Virus record (IMG/VR): IMGVR_UViG_2885633469_000002
Coordinates: 1-64,000 of that record
Direction: 5' to 3' (one strand)
Source: a virus
Lineage: Duplodnaviria > Caudoviricetes
DNA length: 64,000 nt
The notes under the pieces were generated by a model that was not told the DNA's origin, made no database searches, and saw nothing but the letters and a program-made list of their open reading frames with translations. This document shows positions 39,749-50,700 of this stretch, one piece after another. The position numbers and the translations under genes were made by a program. Every line of letters begins with the position of its first letter. Positions within the stretch are counted from its first letter, which is position 1.

Positions 39749-41212
39749 TTAAATTAATATATTTACATTTATAGTTATATTTTCTATACCAAAGCCGACA
39801 TGTTTAACATTTAATCTAAATACGTCATTAGCTTGGACTTTAAGATGTACTATATTTCCTACATTAGCTTGATACTCACCATAATCAAATATGATTTCTT
39901 TATTTTCTTCACACACACCTGTCCAAGTATCTATACCATGTTGAAAATCCAATTCAGATATTTTTTCTAATTGTATAGATGTGTGTTCTGTGCCAGTGGT
40001 TTGGCAAATTCCTTCAATAGTATTTATTACCCCTTCGTTAGGAAATGTAATTAATACATTTTGAACACCTTGTTTTAGTTTATCTGTTGATAATACAAAT
40101 ACCATTGTCTTTGTATGAACATAATCGGGTAATGCGTTTTTAGCATCCTCTCCTACATAGTTCTTCTGTGCTTTATCTTCTATTTGATTTAATTTTACAT
40201 AATCATCTTTTCTCATGAGTCCATCCATATCTTTTTTTACTAATGGTATTCCACCTTTCATGTTACCTATGTATTTCCATGATACATTATCCCATCTATA
40301 TAAGTTTCCATTGTCCATAGTCATCACTAACCATCCAATATCTGGATTAGGATGTTTAATATCAATCTCCGCAAAGGAATTTACAGGCTCTTTCCATATC
40401 AGTCTAGTATTGAGTCTATCTATCTTAATATTTTCAGTTTCCTCTTTCGCCCTATCTGTTGCATCAATACATTCTTTTGTTTTTTCTATAGACAATTGAG
40501 TTGCTTGATTTGCTTTATCTGTGACGTTAATTGCGTTTTTAGTTGTTATTTCGGTTTTTTCTTTTGCTATAAGTGTTTCATTCTTTACTTTAATAGTTTC
40601 ATCAGTAATCTTCTTACATTCATTAGTTTGCTTCCTCGACAATTCAATATGAACATCAACTTCTCTAATTTTTGACTCTGCTTTTTCAATAAAAGTATTT
40701 ACATAAGCAACAAATTCATCAGTCTTCTGTTGAACAAAAATAGTAAATTCATTTGTCTTTTGTTCAATAAATGTTATTGCTTTTGCCACAGATTCTTTTA
40801 ATTCTTGCTCTTTTTGATAAATAAAATCTATTAATTCTTGTAAATTGTCAACTGCCCATGGGTTAGGACTATGTACATAAATTCTTCCAGCTGGATATTG
40901 AATAATGCCCTTCCCTTTATATTCAATAGTAACCGTCTTCCCATTTTGATTAGGACTAAAAGTTATTTCCCCGTTTGAATAATCCACATAAAACTCATTT
41001 TCAGCCAATACTTTTCTACAATCATATTTCTCTCTGGGAACTTCCACATATTCTTTAATCCTAACCTTATAAGTTATGTCAGGAACTTCATCTAAGCCTG
41101 TCCTTCCATTAATTATTGTATACTGACCTGTTTTTAAAACATAAGGATCATCATCTGTCCCTTTTCTCAATTTAAATCTTACAGCGTCAAAATAATATTT
41201 TAAATTTTTCAT
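39749..41212 (-). CDS. baseplate/fibre protein with coiled coil
   Basis: L.EVPD, FYVDYSNG.I.F, Y.G.G, coiled coil, YRWD..SW, DGLM.K.D..KL..I fibre motif. Confidence 0.65.
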   Translation of the reverse strand: MKNLKYYFDAVRFKLRKGTDDDPYVLKTGQYTIINGRTGLDEVPDITYKVRIKEYVEVPREKYDCRKVLAENEFYVDYSNGEITFSPNQNGKTVTIEYKGKGIIQYPAGRIYVHSPNPWAVDNLQELIDFIYQKEQELKESVAKAITFIEQKTNEFTIFVQQKTDEFVAYVNTFIEKAESKIREVDVHIELSRKQTNECKKITDETIKVKNETLIAKEKTEITTKNAINVTDKANQATQLSIEKTKECIDATDRAKEETENIKIDRLNTRLIWKEPVNSFAEIDIKHPNPDIGWLVMTMDNGNLYRWDNVSWKYIGNMKGGIPLVKKDMDGLMRKDDYVKLNQIEDKAQKNYVGEDAKNALPDYVHTKTMVFVLSTDKLKQGVQNVLITFPNEGVINTIEGICQTTGTEHTSIQLEKISELDFQHGIDTWTGVCEENKEIIFDYGEYQANVGNIVHLKVQANDVFRLNVKHVGFGIENITINVNILI

Positions 41213-41241
41213 CTTGTCACCTCCTTTTAATGGAGTATATT

Positions 41242-41379
41242 TTATTCATCTTGAATAGTTTTTAAAGAGTTGACTACATCTACAAACAGTGGAACTTCCT
41301 TCCCCTCTAAAGGAACTCTATTTAAAAACATTTGTAAGTATTGTAAAACTTCTTCGCTTATCTCAATTTTATAATTCAT
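41242..41379 (-). CDS. small tail-associated protein (45 aa)
   Basis: AAGGAG RBS; MNYKIEISEEVLQYLQMFLNRVPLEGKEVPLFVDVVNSLKTIQDE; read by hand. Confidence 0.6.
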   Translation of the reverse strand: MNYKIEISEEVLQYLQMFLNRVPLEGKEVPLFVDVVNSLKTIQDE

Positions 41380-41396
41380 TTAACTCAGCTCCTTCT

Positions 41397-41582
41397 TTAT
41401 TTAAACCAATTTTTGATAATAAATTCTTTATTAAAGAATTGTACTTGAACATTACAATTACATATTAAATTACATTCACAATTTGAGTTGCAATTACAAC
41501 CACAATAATTTAACAAATACCTTTCTTTAATTTCTTTTATTCTTTCTTGCAAATCGTTGTTTAGCTCTAATATCCCTTCCAT
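41397..41582 (-). CDS. Cys-rich peptide B (61 aa), putative radical SAM substrate
   Basis: AGAGGTG RBS and ATG 41582; YCGCNCNSNCECNLICNCN (7 Cys). Confidence 0.7.
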   Translation of the reverse strand: MEGILELNNDLQERIKEIKERYLLNYCGCNCNSNCECNLICNCNVQVQFFNKEFIIKNWFK

Positions 41583-41595
41583 GCTCTCACCTCTT

Positions 41596-42024
41596 TTAGT
41601 TTGAAGACGGATGATAATTACAATTGCAACTACAATAATTACAATTACAGCGACATACATCACAATTACAAAAACAATTTGTGTTACAACCACAATCTTC
41701 TATTTTTACTGCTACACATCTACATACTCTCGCAGGTTTTACATAATCTAATAACTCTCCTAAAGAAACTGTTGATTTAGAGTAATATGATGTAAGAGTA
41801 TTACTTGCACAGGTAGTTTTTCTATAACCGTTATGTAGTTCATTTCCATGGCAATTGCAACCATATACTTTTGAAATCCCTTTTCTTGTGTCAACCAATT
41901 CATTTAGTAAATTTCTTAAATCATTTAAATCTCTGCTTAAATGAGGTTTAGGCTTACTTAAGCTACCTTTTTCTTCTTCTATATATTTTCTAACCCCACC
42001 TAAACTAACATCATTTGTAGGCAT
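41596..42024 (-). CDS. Cys-rich protein A (142 aa), putative radical SAM substrate
   Basis: 16 Cys; C-terminus CRC...DCGCNTNCFCNCDVCRCNCNYCSCNCNY. Confidence 0.8.
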   Translation of the reverse strand: MPTNDVSLGGVRKYIEEEKGSLSKPKPHLSRDLNDLRNLLNELVDTRKGISKVYGCNCHGNELHNGYRKTTCASNTLTSYYSKSTVSLGELLDYVKPARVCRCVAVKIEDCGCNTNCFCNCDVCRCNCNYCSCNCNYHPSSN

Positions 42025-42034
42025 AATTGACCAC

Positions 42035-43303
42035 CTACCCTTTTATTATTTTTAACATCTCATTTTGATTTTTTATTATTTGTTTTTGATTTGTTTTCAT
42101 TTCATCTACTTCAATAAATAAAACCTTCATAGCTTGTGCTAAAACATCTAAACTTTCGTCTATAGTAAAAGAAGCTACCGAATTTTTATCTTGATAAAGA
42201 CTTAATTCAGTAGCTTTCTCTTTCATATATTCACATATTTCATGTTCAACGTGAGCCATTTCACAATAATGTCCTCTTATCTGTTTCTTTATATCACCAT
42301 TTACCATATAATTAGCTCCCAAACACCTATAACAGTTATAACACTCACATTGTCCGCAACCTTCCATCTCTTCATTCTTTAACTTTAAGAATGGTTTTCT
42401 TTTTTCATCGTCTATACCTTCATATAAACTACCTATCCTCATTTCACCTTTAAAATCATTAAAGTAAAAATGATGACATGGGTATATGTCTCCATTAGGA
42501 ATTATCGATATATAAGTTTTACCTGCATTGCAAGGAGGATTTACCCAACTTCTACCTTCTAATAGCTTACTTAATGGACTAAAGTTTTTTAATTCATCTA
42601 TTCTTTTATTTTTTATCATATCATCTAATATGTAATCTGATATTTTTTTTAATTGTTCTCTATATATTCCTACATCATTTATATCCCATTGTTCCTCATG
42701 CACAGGCATAAACCATATTCTTTCGATTCCACAACCTTCTCTAAAGAATTTGTAATTTTCAAATAAATGTGGCAAAGATTGTTTATTTAAACAACCATGA
42801 ACACTGAATTGTTGCGGACTATCTTTAAAAAGTTCTTTATATATCTTTATATTTTTTTCTACATATTTAAAACTACCCTCCCCATTTTCTCTAACCCTAT
42901 ACATATCATGTGTTTCTCTATTTCCATCACATGATAACTGTACCCCAAAATTTAATTTGTCTTTGTATTTAATTATTAATTTCTTAAGTTTCTCACTTAC
43001 ATATACACCATTTGTAATTAATCCTATCTGACATTGGATACCTGTTTCATTTTGTCTTTTAAAAGCATGAGTTAATAAAATATCAATTTTTTCAGGAACT
43101 AAAGTTGGTTCACCACCAAAAATACTAATATTAATTGATTTTTTTCCTGCCTTTTTAGCATTATTTAGCAAATAATCTATCCCATCTGTTATTACTTCGT
43201 CTTTTATTACCTCATGTCCAAACTTGTGTACAAAACAATACTTACACCTATTATTGCAATTTGTTGTCATTATAAAACTTGCATCTGTTGGTAAAACGTT
43301 CAC
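42035..43303 (-). CDS. radical SAM/SPASM-domain maturase
   Basis: CNNRCKYC, FGGEP, ITNG, SCDG...HD..R; SPASM CNAG...GDIYPCHHF...CGQC....CYRC...YC. Likely GTG start 43303 after AGAAAGGGA. Confidence 0.92.
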   Translation of the reverse strand: MNVLPTDASFIMTTNCNNRCKYCFVHKFGHEVIKDEVITDGIDYLLNNAKKAGKKSINISIFGGEPTLVPEKIDILLTHAFKRQNETGIQCQIGLITNGVYVSEKLKKLIIKYKDKLNFGVQLSCDGNRETHDMYRVRENGEGSFKYVEKNIKIYKELFKDSPQQFSVHGCLNKQSLPHLFENYKFFREGCGIERIWFMPVHEEQWDINDVGIYREQLKKISDYILDDMIKNKRIDELKNFSPLSKLLEGRSWVNPPCNAGKTYISIIPNGDIYPCHHFYFNDFKGEMRIGSLYEGIDDEKRKPFLKLKNEEMEGCGQCECYNCYRCLGANYMVNGDIKKQIRGHYCEMAHVEHEICEYMKEKATELSLYQDKNSVASFTIDESLDVLAQAMKVLFIEVDEMKTNQKQIIKNQNEMLKIIKG

Positions 43304-43320
43304 TTTATCAATCCCTTTCT

Positions 43321-46300
43321 TTACTTTAAAATAATACAATCAAATTGGGGGTTAGAACCACCAGAATTATATATCGTAACTGAATTTGAACTTTTTTCTA
43401 TGCTTATTTCTCCTACGTATGTCAAAGAACTTTTGCCTATAGGAGTTACAGAAACAACATAGTCTAATGTTCCTAAATTATGTGTTATTGTTGTTCCATT
43501 CATTCCTGAAAATCTAGACGTTGCTTTAAATAAAGCAGGGAGTCTGTATGTGTAATCTGCTTCTCCTTGAATTTTACCTTTTTTAAACCATGCAATTCTA
43601 AGATTTCCTAAATCTGTCACATTTAAGGTTATTCCACCTTTGCCTAAACTCACACTACTAAGCCTTCTATTTGACATAATAGTAGACCCTGTACTTTGAT
43701 TTAACTCAAAAGCACTACCATTCTTATCATACATACCAAAATTATTCTCGTTATTGGCTGTTATAAAAAATTGTTGTGAATTATCGTAAGAATTAAACTG
43801 CAACAACCCACCTGTTTTTCTATCTCCTGATACTACATCTGACATATTATCTGTTGAAGATTTTGCTTTAATCATTATTTTTACATTATTATCTTCCCCA
43901 TATAATTTAACCACTCCTTGATTCAACTCCGCATCTTGAGAAGACATAAACAATTTAGGCTGTTCCAACTTATTATTTAACCTAATAGTCCCCCCTGTAT
44001 CATCACTTCCAGTTAATTCAACTATTTTTTTACTTTCATTATTTTTAATCCTTATTATCCCCATATCATTCAAGGATTGAGTCCCCATCTCAATCCTTTC
44101 TTTTGTCATATCACCATTATATAGTTTCAGAAATCCGCCCGTATATTTATAATCAGGAGCAGAGCCTAAAAAAGCATTTATATTTCCATCCCAATCATTT
44201 AATAATAATTTTCCACCATTACCTTCATCTTTATATAAATCTGCTAACCAGATTTTATTTTTAGAATTATTATATCTAAATACTCTAAACCTTCCATTAG
44301 CATCAACTTCACCATCTATATTAACATTAAATACATCGTCTCCATTTTGATTATTTATCCATATACATCCATTATCTATTCTCAATCCCTTGTTATCTAG
44401 AACCGAATGTGTATTTAAAATATGAAATGATTTAGCCCATACAGAACCATCATTTCCGTCTAAAAAAATCACATCCTCCCAAGGATATCCTTTCCCATTT
44501 CTTTTTTGAAGTTTAATGCCAACTTTAGGATTTAAAAAAATTCTATTTTTATCTTTGTTGCCTTCTAAAGATAAATCCATATTTATAGCTTTCATATGAT
44601 TTTTATCAACTAAAAAAGAAGATTCTCCTTCATCGTTCATATTTGTTATAATAAGTTTATTTGAGCCTACCAACTTGCCATAAATTTGTTCAGCTACGTT
44701 TCCATATGGTGTGACAGCTGTTGAAACTGTTTTCCAATTATCTTTAGTCATAACAAGGCAATTATTTACAATTCTTAATTGTTCGTCATCAGAAAACATA
44801 TCTTTCATATGTATTCCTCTTTCGTCTATCCTTATATTTTGATTCCTAGCACTTAATATCCTATTTTTCGCACTATCTAATACATTACTCATTATTTGAC
44901 TTACTAAATCAGTGTTTCTCTCACTTAAGTTCCATATAGGTTTATACATATCAACTGTATTAGCCACATCATTTACGTTTTTCATTAAGTCTGCTAAGTA
45001 ACCTGCTGTATTATCTGCATCTTCCTTATTGCTAATTGTAATGTTTAAACTATTTTTATCTATTTCATGTGTTATATTTATAATCCTTACTTTATATTCG
45101 GTATTCATTCTATCTGAATATATATGAATAAAATCTCCTAATTTCAATTTATTCCAATCGTGTTGACATTCAACTAAATTCAAAAAATTCACTATATCTA
45201 AGCTTAATTCTATAATTGGCTGAGACAAATTATCTAATGCGTTTTTACCTGCTGATAGTAAATCTTTATTATCATAATAATTTTCATTTTTCCACGTATC
45301 TTCTTTTATAAAATCATCTAACACATTCAATTGTGATGTAGTAAAATTATTGCTTTTTTTAAGGCTTTCACCTAATTGTTTTATACTATTATTATTTTGA
45401 TTTATGTCTAAAACAACATTCTTAATCTCTTCTTCTTTTTTTTTCATTTTATTTTTTATGTCATCTCTTATTTTATTTAATTCTGTTAAATCTTTAGCTT
45501 TATCAAAATCAGATAAATTTACTTTTAATTCCTCTGATATATCTAAAGTACCGTCATTTACTTTTGATATAGGCTCATCTTTATTTTTTTTGTTAAATTG
45601 TATTACGTTATCTATATTATCTTGTGCAATCTCATATTTCACCTTTAAATCAACTAAATCATTTTCTAATTTTGCAACTCTTGAATCTAAAGTATGTCTT
45701 TGTTTTAATAAATTATAAAATATAGGTGTTTTTTCTTCTATTAACACATCATATTTATTCAAAGCATCTAATAAATCTTGTGGCATGTATTTTAATGTTC
45801 TATAATATGAAAAGTTTTCTATATAAGGCATACCAGTAGGATTTATATCTGTTATGTTTAAGTTATCTTTTCCATATATATTTAACCTTGTTATTAAATC
45901 ATCATCTTTCACATGCCTACTTATTTTTCTTGCATAATTTTGTTTTGAAATATATAATCCCTTATCCTCAGTTATATTATCTATATGATAAATATTTATA
46001 ATTTTACTTAAACTATCAAATTGTAAAACACAGTCAAAGGATTTCTGGATGTCTTCTCTAAGAAAGCTTAGCCAATCTTGTTCAGATATATTAAATACTC
46101 TATACTTACGATGATTTTGCCCATCGCTTCTATCTTCCCTTACTTCAGGATCAACATATCCTATTTCCCATGATGTTTCATTTTCTAATATATTTAATAT
46201 TCCATCACCTGTTTCCGATATTATCTTTATACTCACTTCTATTTTATAGTTAATACTATCAGTTACTTTATAAATTACATCTATATTTTCTAATTCGTGT

Positions 46301-46914
46301 AATTTATCTTTTGAGTTCCATTTATATGTATTAATTTCTGTATCGTTATGGTCATAAACTTTAATAAATAAGTTTTTGCCTTCCTCCATAATAAATGAAT
46401 TTGTATAAGTTACATAATTAATATCGTCAAAAGAATACTTTATTTTGTTTACTAATGTCTCTGAACCATCTCTGTATAATTGTCTTGTCCCTACAAAATT
46501 AACTAATTTTCTTTTAGATAGGTTTATTTCTCTACTATAACAATGAATACTTTTTACATATTTCTCATCGTCATCATCTTCGTACTCATTGATTTTGAAC
46601 ATATATTTATTATTTACTTTAACTAACATTCCATCTTTAATAGCATCAATGTTGGGGTTTTTTATTTGCTCATGTTGCCTTTTGATATAATATGGTATTT
46701 TAAAACTTAGTTCATAAGTATCTTTAAAAGGAGTTGTAAAAGATATATCATAGGCATCTTTTAACATAGATATTTCAGTATCATCTTGTCTACATAAAAT
46801 TAATTGAAAATCTTCTTTTGCGGTTTTTAAATCTCTATTTATTTTCCCTAATTCAAATTTATTTTTTACTAGACATTCATCTACCCTTTCGCCATTTAGA
46901 TATACATAACTCAT
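43321..46914 (-). CDS. Tal / tail spike (prophage tail endopeptidase-like)
   Basis: Follows Dit; ITRL.IYGKD.L.I..INPTG..YIENFSYY, LKLGD, AEQIYGKL, C-terminal ITHNLG. Confidence 0.8.
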   Translation of the reverse strand: MSYVYLNGERVDECLVKNKFELGKINRDLKTAKEDFQLILCRQDDTEISMLKDAYDISFTTPFKDTYELSFKIPYYIKRQHEQIKNPNIDAIKDGMLVKVNNKYMFKINEYEDDDDEKYVKSIHCYSREINLSKRKLVNFVGTRQLYRDGSETLVNKIKYSFDDINYVTYTNSFIMEEGKNLFIKVYDHNDTEINTYKWNSKDKLHELENIDVIYKVTDSINYKIEVSIKIISETGDGILNILENETSWEIGYVDPEVREDRSDGQNHRKYRVFNISEQDWLSFLREDIQKSFDCVLQFDSLSKIINIYHIDNITEDKGLYISKQNYARKISRHVKDDDLITRLNIYGKDNLNITDINPTGMPYIENFSYYRTLKYMPQDLLDALNKYDVLIEEKTPIFYNLLKQRHTLDSRVAKLENDLVDLKVKYEIAQDNIDNVIQFNKKNKDEPISKVNDGTLDISEELKVNLSDFDKAKDLTELNKIRDDIKNKMKKKEEEIKNVVLDINQNNNSIKQLGESLKKSNNFTTSQLNVLDDFIKEDTWKNENYYDNKDLLSAGKNALDNLSQPIIELSLDIVNFLNLVECQHDWNKLKLGDFIHIYSDRMNTEYKVRIINITHEIDKNSLNITISNKEDADNTAGYLADLMKNVNDVANTVDMYKPIWNLSERNTDLVSQIMSNVLDSAKNRILSARNQNIRIDERGIHMKDMFSDDEQLRIVNNCLVMTKDNWKTVSTAVTPYGNVAEQIYGKLVGSNKLIITNMNDEGESSFLVDKNHMKAINMDLSLEGNKDKNRIFLNPKVGIKLQKRNGKGYPWEDVIFLDGNDGSVWAKSFHILNTHSVLDNKGLRIDNGCIWINNQNGDDVFNVNIDGEVDANGRFRVFRYNNSKNKIWLADLYKDEGNGGKLLLNDWDGNINAFLGSAPDYKYTGGFLKLYNGDMTKERIEMGTQSLNDMGIIRIKNNESKKIVELTGSDDTGGTIRLNNKLEQPKLFMSSQDAELNQGVVKLYGEDNNVKIMIKAKSSTDNMSDVVSGDRKTGGLLQFNSYDNSQQFFITANNENNFGMYDKNGSAFELNQSTGSTIMSNRRLSSVSLGKGGITLNVTDLGNLRIAWFKKGKIQGEADYTYRLPALFKATSRFSGMNGTTITHNLGTLDYVVSVTPIGKSSLTYVGEISIEKSSNSVTIYNSGGSNPQFDCIILK

Positions 46915-46930
46915 AAAAAACACCTCCTTT

Positions 46931-47704
46931 TTATATTGCTATAGGATAACAACATCTAATTGATACTCTTACATCCCCTCTAATTTCTAGTAAATTATAT
47001 CCTCTTACTAACCTAATCCAGTTTTTATTAAAATTATCTAATCTATACGTATTAGGTAGGTTACTTTTAATTCTTTGCATATTATTGTCAACATATATAA
47101 TTTCATTTTTTATTAAATTGTCAATCTTAAAGATTTCACCAGCATTACTTAAATTTTCTATTTCTATACTTGTATCTCCAACCATTTCTATTTCTATTTC
47201 AGGATAATAATATTTTTTAACATTACTTAAATTTTCTATTTCTAATATATTTGAATTAGAAATAGAAAAATCCCATGTATATATATATGTTGGAGAATAA
47301 GCATAAGGGCTGTTACATTCCATTGTTAATGTTATATAACCCTGCATTGCTCCAGTATCAAATCTTCTTGCATCCCCGATTAATTTACAATAATAAATAA
47401 CTTCTGGATTGTCTAGTGATATAAATGGCTTATAGTCATCTTGAAATAACCATTTAACTACATCTTTTCTAGTTTTATAATCCCACAATAAATCATCATC
47501 AGTTATTTTTGCTAAAGTAATTTTGAACTTTAATGGGTCTGTATTAAAACCATAGGAGTATATGTTATCATTAATTTTGTCTATTCTATTCTCTCTTTTG
47601 TATCCAAAAATAGATTCTATCATATCTGTATTTGTATCTACCAATGTTAATCCCATATCAGAACCTTTTATCCCATCGTACATAAATTGTGTACTTATAA
47701 ACAT
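46931..47704 (-). CDS. distal tail protein (Dit)
   Basis: Immediately after TMP; F.YDGI, WLFQDDYKP, GYITLTMECNSPYAYS, W.RL..GYN.L. Confidence 0.85.
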   Translation of the reverse strand: MFISTQFMYDGIKGSDMGLTLVDTNTDMIESIFGYKRENRIDKINDNIYSYGFNTDPLKFKITLAKITDDDLLWDYKTRKDVVKWLFQDDYKPFISLDNPEVIYYCKLIGDARRFDTGAMQGYITLTMECNSPYAYSPTYIYTWDFSISNSNILEIENLSNVKKYYYPEIEIEMVGDTSIEIENLSNAGEIFKIDNLIKNEIIYVDNNMQRIKSNLPNTYRLDNFNKNWIRLVRGYNLLEIRGDVRVSIRCCYPIAI

Positions 47705-47740
47705 TTATCTCAAATCACCACCTTAAATTAAAATACTCTA

Positions 47741-50700
47741 TTATTTATATATACCTCTTTTGTTGTATGCTTTTCTTAATTCCTTTAATACGTCATTTTT
47801 AAGAACACTTTTTAATTTTGGAAATATATTCTCGTCAACATTTCCTTCAACATTTAATAAATTCCTTATTTTTATAACTCCATTACCATTTTCTGGCATA
47901 GAGTTTGTATTAATTTTAGGAAACATACACGCTAAATTATCTCCATTAGGTAAATTCTTAACTACGCTGTATAACTTCTTTGCTTGACTACTATTAAAAA
48001 TTACTTCTGAATTTGATTGACTGCCATGAACCATTGCTAATCCAGAATAGTCCATTACTCCACCTTCACTAAATTGTGGTACTCCTCCATGACTAGCCCA
48101 TGCGATAATCCTCTCCAAAGTTTCTTTTGAAGTTACACCACCTAATCTAATCACCCCTATTGCTCTCAATATATCATCTGAAACAGGAGATACTCCTTTT
48201 TCACCTAAAACAATATCCCCCTCTCTTAAAATTTTTTCTAATTCTTCCGAAGATAAATGTTGCGTATTAACAAATTTATACCCCATAGCAGATAACCACT
48301 TTTGAGCATTTTTTAAATCTTCGCCCCAACCATAAACAGTATTTTTTATTTCCTTAACATCTCCTGCGATCATTTTTTTTTCATAATCAGCATATCCAGA
48401 AACTATTTTATCAGTCTCATATCTATCATTTCCTTTTAACCTTCCTGCTCCATTTAAATTTTTATTATTTAATGCATTTCCAATAACTAAATCATTTTTA
48501 TCTAATTTTATTTTGTCTAATTCATTTTTAGATAGTTTAGTTATATCAATTACTTCATACCCTAATTCTGATAAATATTTTTGTGCAATTATATAATCGT
48601 TTATTTTATTATTTCCATCAGACTGAGCATATACTTTTTTATCTTCACTTTTTGTAATAGAATTGTTTTTTTTAGGCTTTTCTATCTCTTTAATCTTACT
48701 TAAAATATTATCTAAATTCTGTGCAGTATCTATCGCCTTTTGTAAATTATCAATTAAGTTGGATTTAATTTTTGTTCCAATTAAACTTAATCCTTCTCCC
48801 CATTCATCTTCATATTTTAATATAGCATCTGTTAAATTCATCATTTCTCCATTTATATATTTAATTTGATTTCTAAATATAGCTTTTCTTGCTTCTGAAT
48901 ATAAATTTTCTTTCTGCATTAGTTTTTTATAATACTCTTCAGTATTTTTTAATTCTTTATCAAGTCTCTCTTTTGTATCCTCATATTTTTTATTTTCTGC
49001 TTTATTCTTTTCTTCATATTCTTTTTGTATATCTTCTAATTTATCATTAAGATTCTCTTTTCTTAAATCTATTTCTCTTTTATGTCTAAAATCATCTATT
49101 TCTTCTTGTTTTTTATCTATTTGTTCTTTTAAACTATTCTTTTTTACTTTACCCTCAAGTGTGTCTACAAGCATCCAAGAATTGTATTCATATTGCAATT
49201 TTAACTTTTCACTTATTAAAGTATTTAATTGTTTTTCATAATTGTCTGTTTTTTCATTTTTATCGAATTCTTTTAATTGTGATTTTATTATTTCTTCTCT
49301 TACTTTCTTTTCTTCATTTAAATTATCAATTGATTTTTTATGTCTTTTCTCTTCTAAATCTTTTTTTTCATTGTATTGTTTTTTATATTCATCTAATTCA
49401 GTCTCATATCTTTTCTTAATTATTTCTATTATTTTTTGTTCTAAACTCTTTAAATTATCCAATTCGCTTTGTAAATTATTTTTTAATTCTTCGTTGTTTT
49501 GTTTCATAGATTTTGCAATATCTCTTATTTTTTCATTATATTCTTTGGCTTTATCATTAAGGAAATTCCATTCATAAGTATTCTCTTTTAACAAATCTCT
49601 TTCTGCTAATAGTTCTATTTTCGCCTTTTGAATATAAATAATATATTTTTGTTGTTCGTCAACCTTTTTCGATAAAAATCTTGTCTTGTCTTTCTCATAG
49701 AATATGTCTTTTACATTTAAAAGGTCTATTTTATCTTGCATTTCAGTTATTTCACTATCAAATTCTTTAAAATATCTATCATCAAATTTAATTTTAAATT
49801 CCCATTTAGTTTGAAACGCATCTTGTAAAGCCTTTGTCATCTTCTCAATTTCACCTACAGTATCTTGTAGGTCAAATCTCATTTTAACAATTTGGTCTGA
49901 AGTATGTCCACCATACCATATTTGTTTTTGCATGTACTTTTGTTTTTCTAATAATACTCTATTTTTTTCTTTAATTTCATTTGTGTAATTATCAAAATTC
50001 TTAAAACTATCAACAACACTTGTAGACCATTGTTCAGCTCTGTCCTTATAGATAGATGCATTTACATTAGTTCTTTTTATTTTATCATCAAAAATTCCGA
50101 TTGTTGATTCATATTTATCCACTTTTAATTGGTTAAATTGGTCTTTTAATCCAATTAATTGTTGCTTTAAATCCTCTGCTTTATTCCATGCTCTATCTGC
50201 CCTTTCTTCTGGTGACACGTCTTTTACAGAGTTTTTATTTTGATAAGATATCTTACCAGAAGAATAACCTCCACCTGATAATTCATTATAAATAGATTTT
50301 ACAGTAGGTATCCAATTTTTATTCAATCCATTTGGGTCATTACTTGCACCTATTGGAGCATATTTTGCACCTATTTGCTCTATTGTTGTTAATCCTTGAT
50401 TAAAATAAAGATTCTTTAAATTTCTTGCTGAAAATTCTATTCCCTCAGCAATAGAATTAAAATGTTTTATTGTTTTCCAATTATTTTCCCAATCCATAAT
50501 ACCCGATGGATTATTATGATTTCTAATCGCTGGAGAAGTACCTCTGCCAGATTCAAACATAGAAATTGATGCCAGTAAATATGGGTCTATTTCATATTTA
50601 CTTCCTGCATTAACAAAGTCTTGTCCATGACCTCTTAAAACTCCTTGTAACTTATTATCTAAATGTGTATTGCTATAACTACTTGAAGCCACACCCGACC

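Noticed and set aside
41583-41693. 98-aa extension of Cys-rich peptide B
   Set aside because: It overlaps the Cys-repeat tail of protein A in another frame; a good RBS supports ATG 41582.
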